Source: Botryllus schlosseri (Eukaryota). Taken from it: DNA of 64,000 nt. Shown piece by piece: positions 63,421 through 64,000 of the stretch (its first letter is position 1; each line of letters opens with the position of its first letter). The stretch is from positions 31,558,001-31,622,000 of the forward strand of contig CM119373.1 of NCBI GenBank assembly GCA_051294905.1. The letters run 5' to 3'. Below the pieces are notes generated by a model that was not told where the DNA came from, made no database searches, and saw only the letters and a list, made by a program, of their open reading frames with translations. Both the position numbers and the translations under genes were made by a program.

Positions 63421-63533
63421 TGGTAACGTGCGCTGATGCCGAATGTAAATTTGGTGAATGCGTTGACTTGGAACAGGGTGGATTTGAGTGCCGTTGTGGA
63501 AAAGGATATGAGTCAACTGGAGCAGCATGCGTT
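63421..63533 (+). CDS. Exon 11: EGF-like domain (gene probably continues beyond the window)
   Basis: VTCADAECKFGECVDLEQGGFECRCGKGYESTGAACV. gtttttcag acceptor. The gtgggt donor at 63534 is inferred; read-through would stop 2 codons later. Confidence 0.85.
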
Positions 63534-64000
63534 GTGGGTTGAATTTTACTTTTTGAGCTGTTAATCAGTAGTTCTCAAACTGCGGTACGCCAAGCGATTC
63601 AGGTTGTACGCAGTAAATTATAATTAAGGAGCTTCTTGGAGGTCCAGAACTTCAATTTACAATTGAACATTATATTCAAGTCTTGTGCCTAGATAAGGAG
63701 TTCGTGTACCATCTAAAAATAATACATGAATGCTCTCTTATTCGAAATTTCATGCTGGTGACGTCATACGATTGTGATACGATTGTTGATATACAAATAA
63801 TACAATCCCTGCATTGTTTTTTTCCAATTCTGTACTACGGTAGTTTCTGATGATTACCTCTGACGAGTGTACGCCGAAAATATTCAGGTTCATTTCAATA
63901 TGAATATACTATAAATTACTTTATAAGTATGGTAACAGTACAGTTTTCACAAATCGTTAAACGCATTTGTTTCTCATTTACGAAATGTGTTCATTGAATG

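Overview
Repeat-dense (about 39-40% GC) eukaryotic genomic DNA with GT-AG introns, tRNA-derived SINEs and many hAT-type MITEs. It looks like a marine invertebrate, possibly a tunicate or other deuterostome, but the taxon is an inference. Two protein-coding genes are supportable. (1) A minus-strand four-TM CD20/MS4A-like gene with an intronless CDS (8095-8610). (2) A plus-strand gene I assembled by hand from 11 phase-compatible exons (45473-63533, at least 1051 aa, running off the window): signal peptide, 39-nt microexon, 660-aa acidic/Thr-rich mucin exon, CUB domain, then six EGF-like modules. Two of those modules are equally spaced 4-Cys variants lacking the C1-C3 pair. Between the genes lie about 36 kb of nested mobile elements. 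These include a complete fossil Chapaev3-type (CMC) transposon (20644-23970), a LINE 3' fragment inserted in a SINE tail, a SINE-in-SINE insertion, two SINE families sharing a core with a covarying hairpin, and more than ten hAT MITEs with readable 8-bp TSDs. Two orphan coding-like segments (an FHA-like one near 31 kb, and one inside a hAT element near 33.4 kb) are unresolved. No CRISPR array, rRNA or intact tRNA gene was seen. Most short ORFs in the supplied track are spurious or antisense shadows. All family assignments are from remembered motifs, not database searches.
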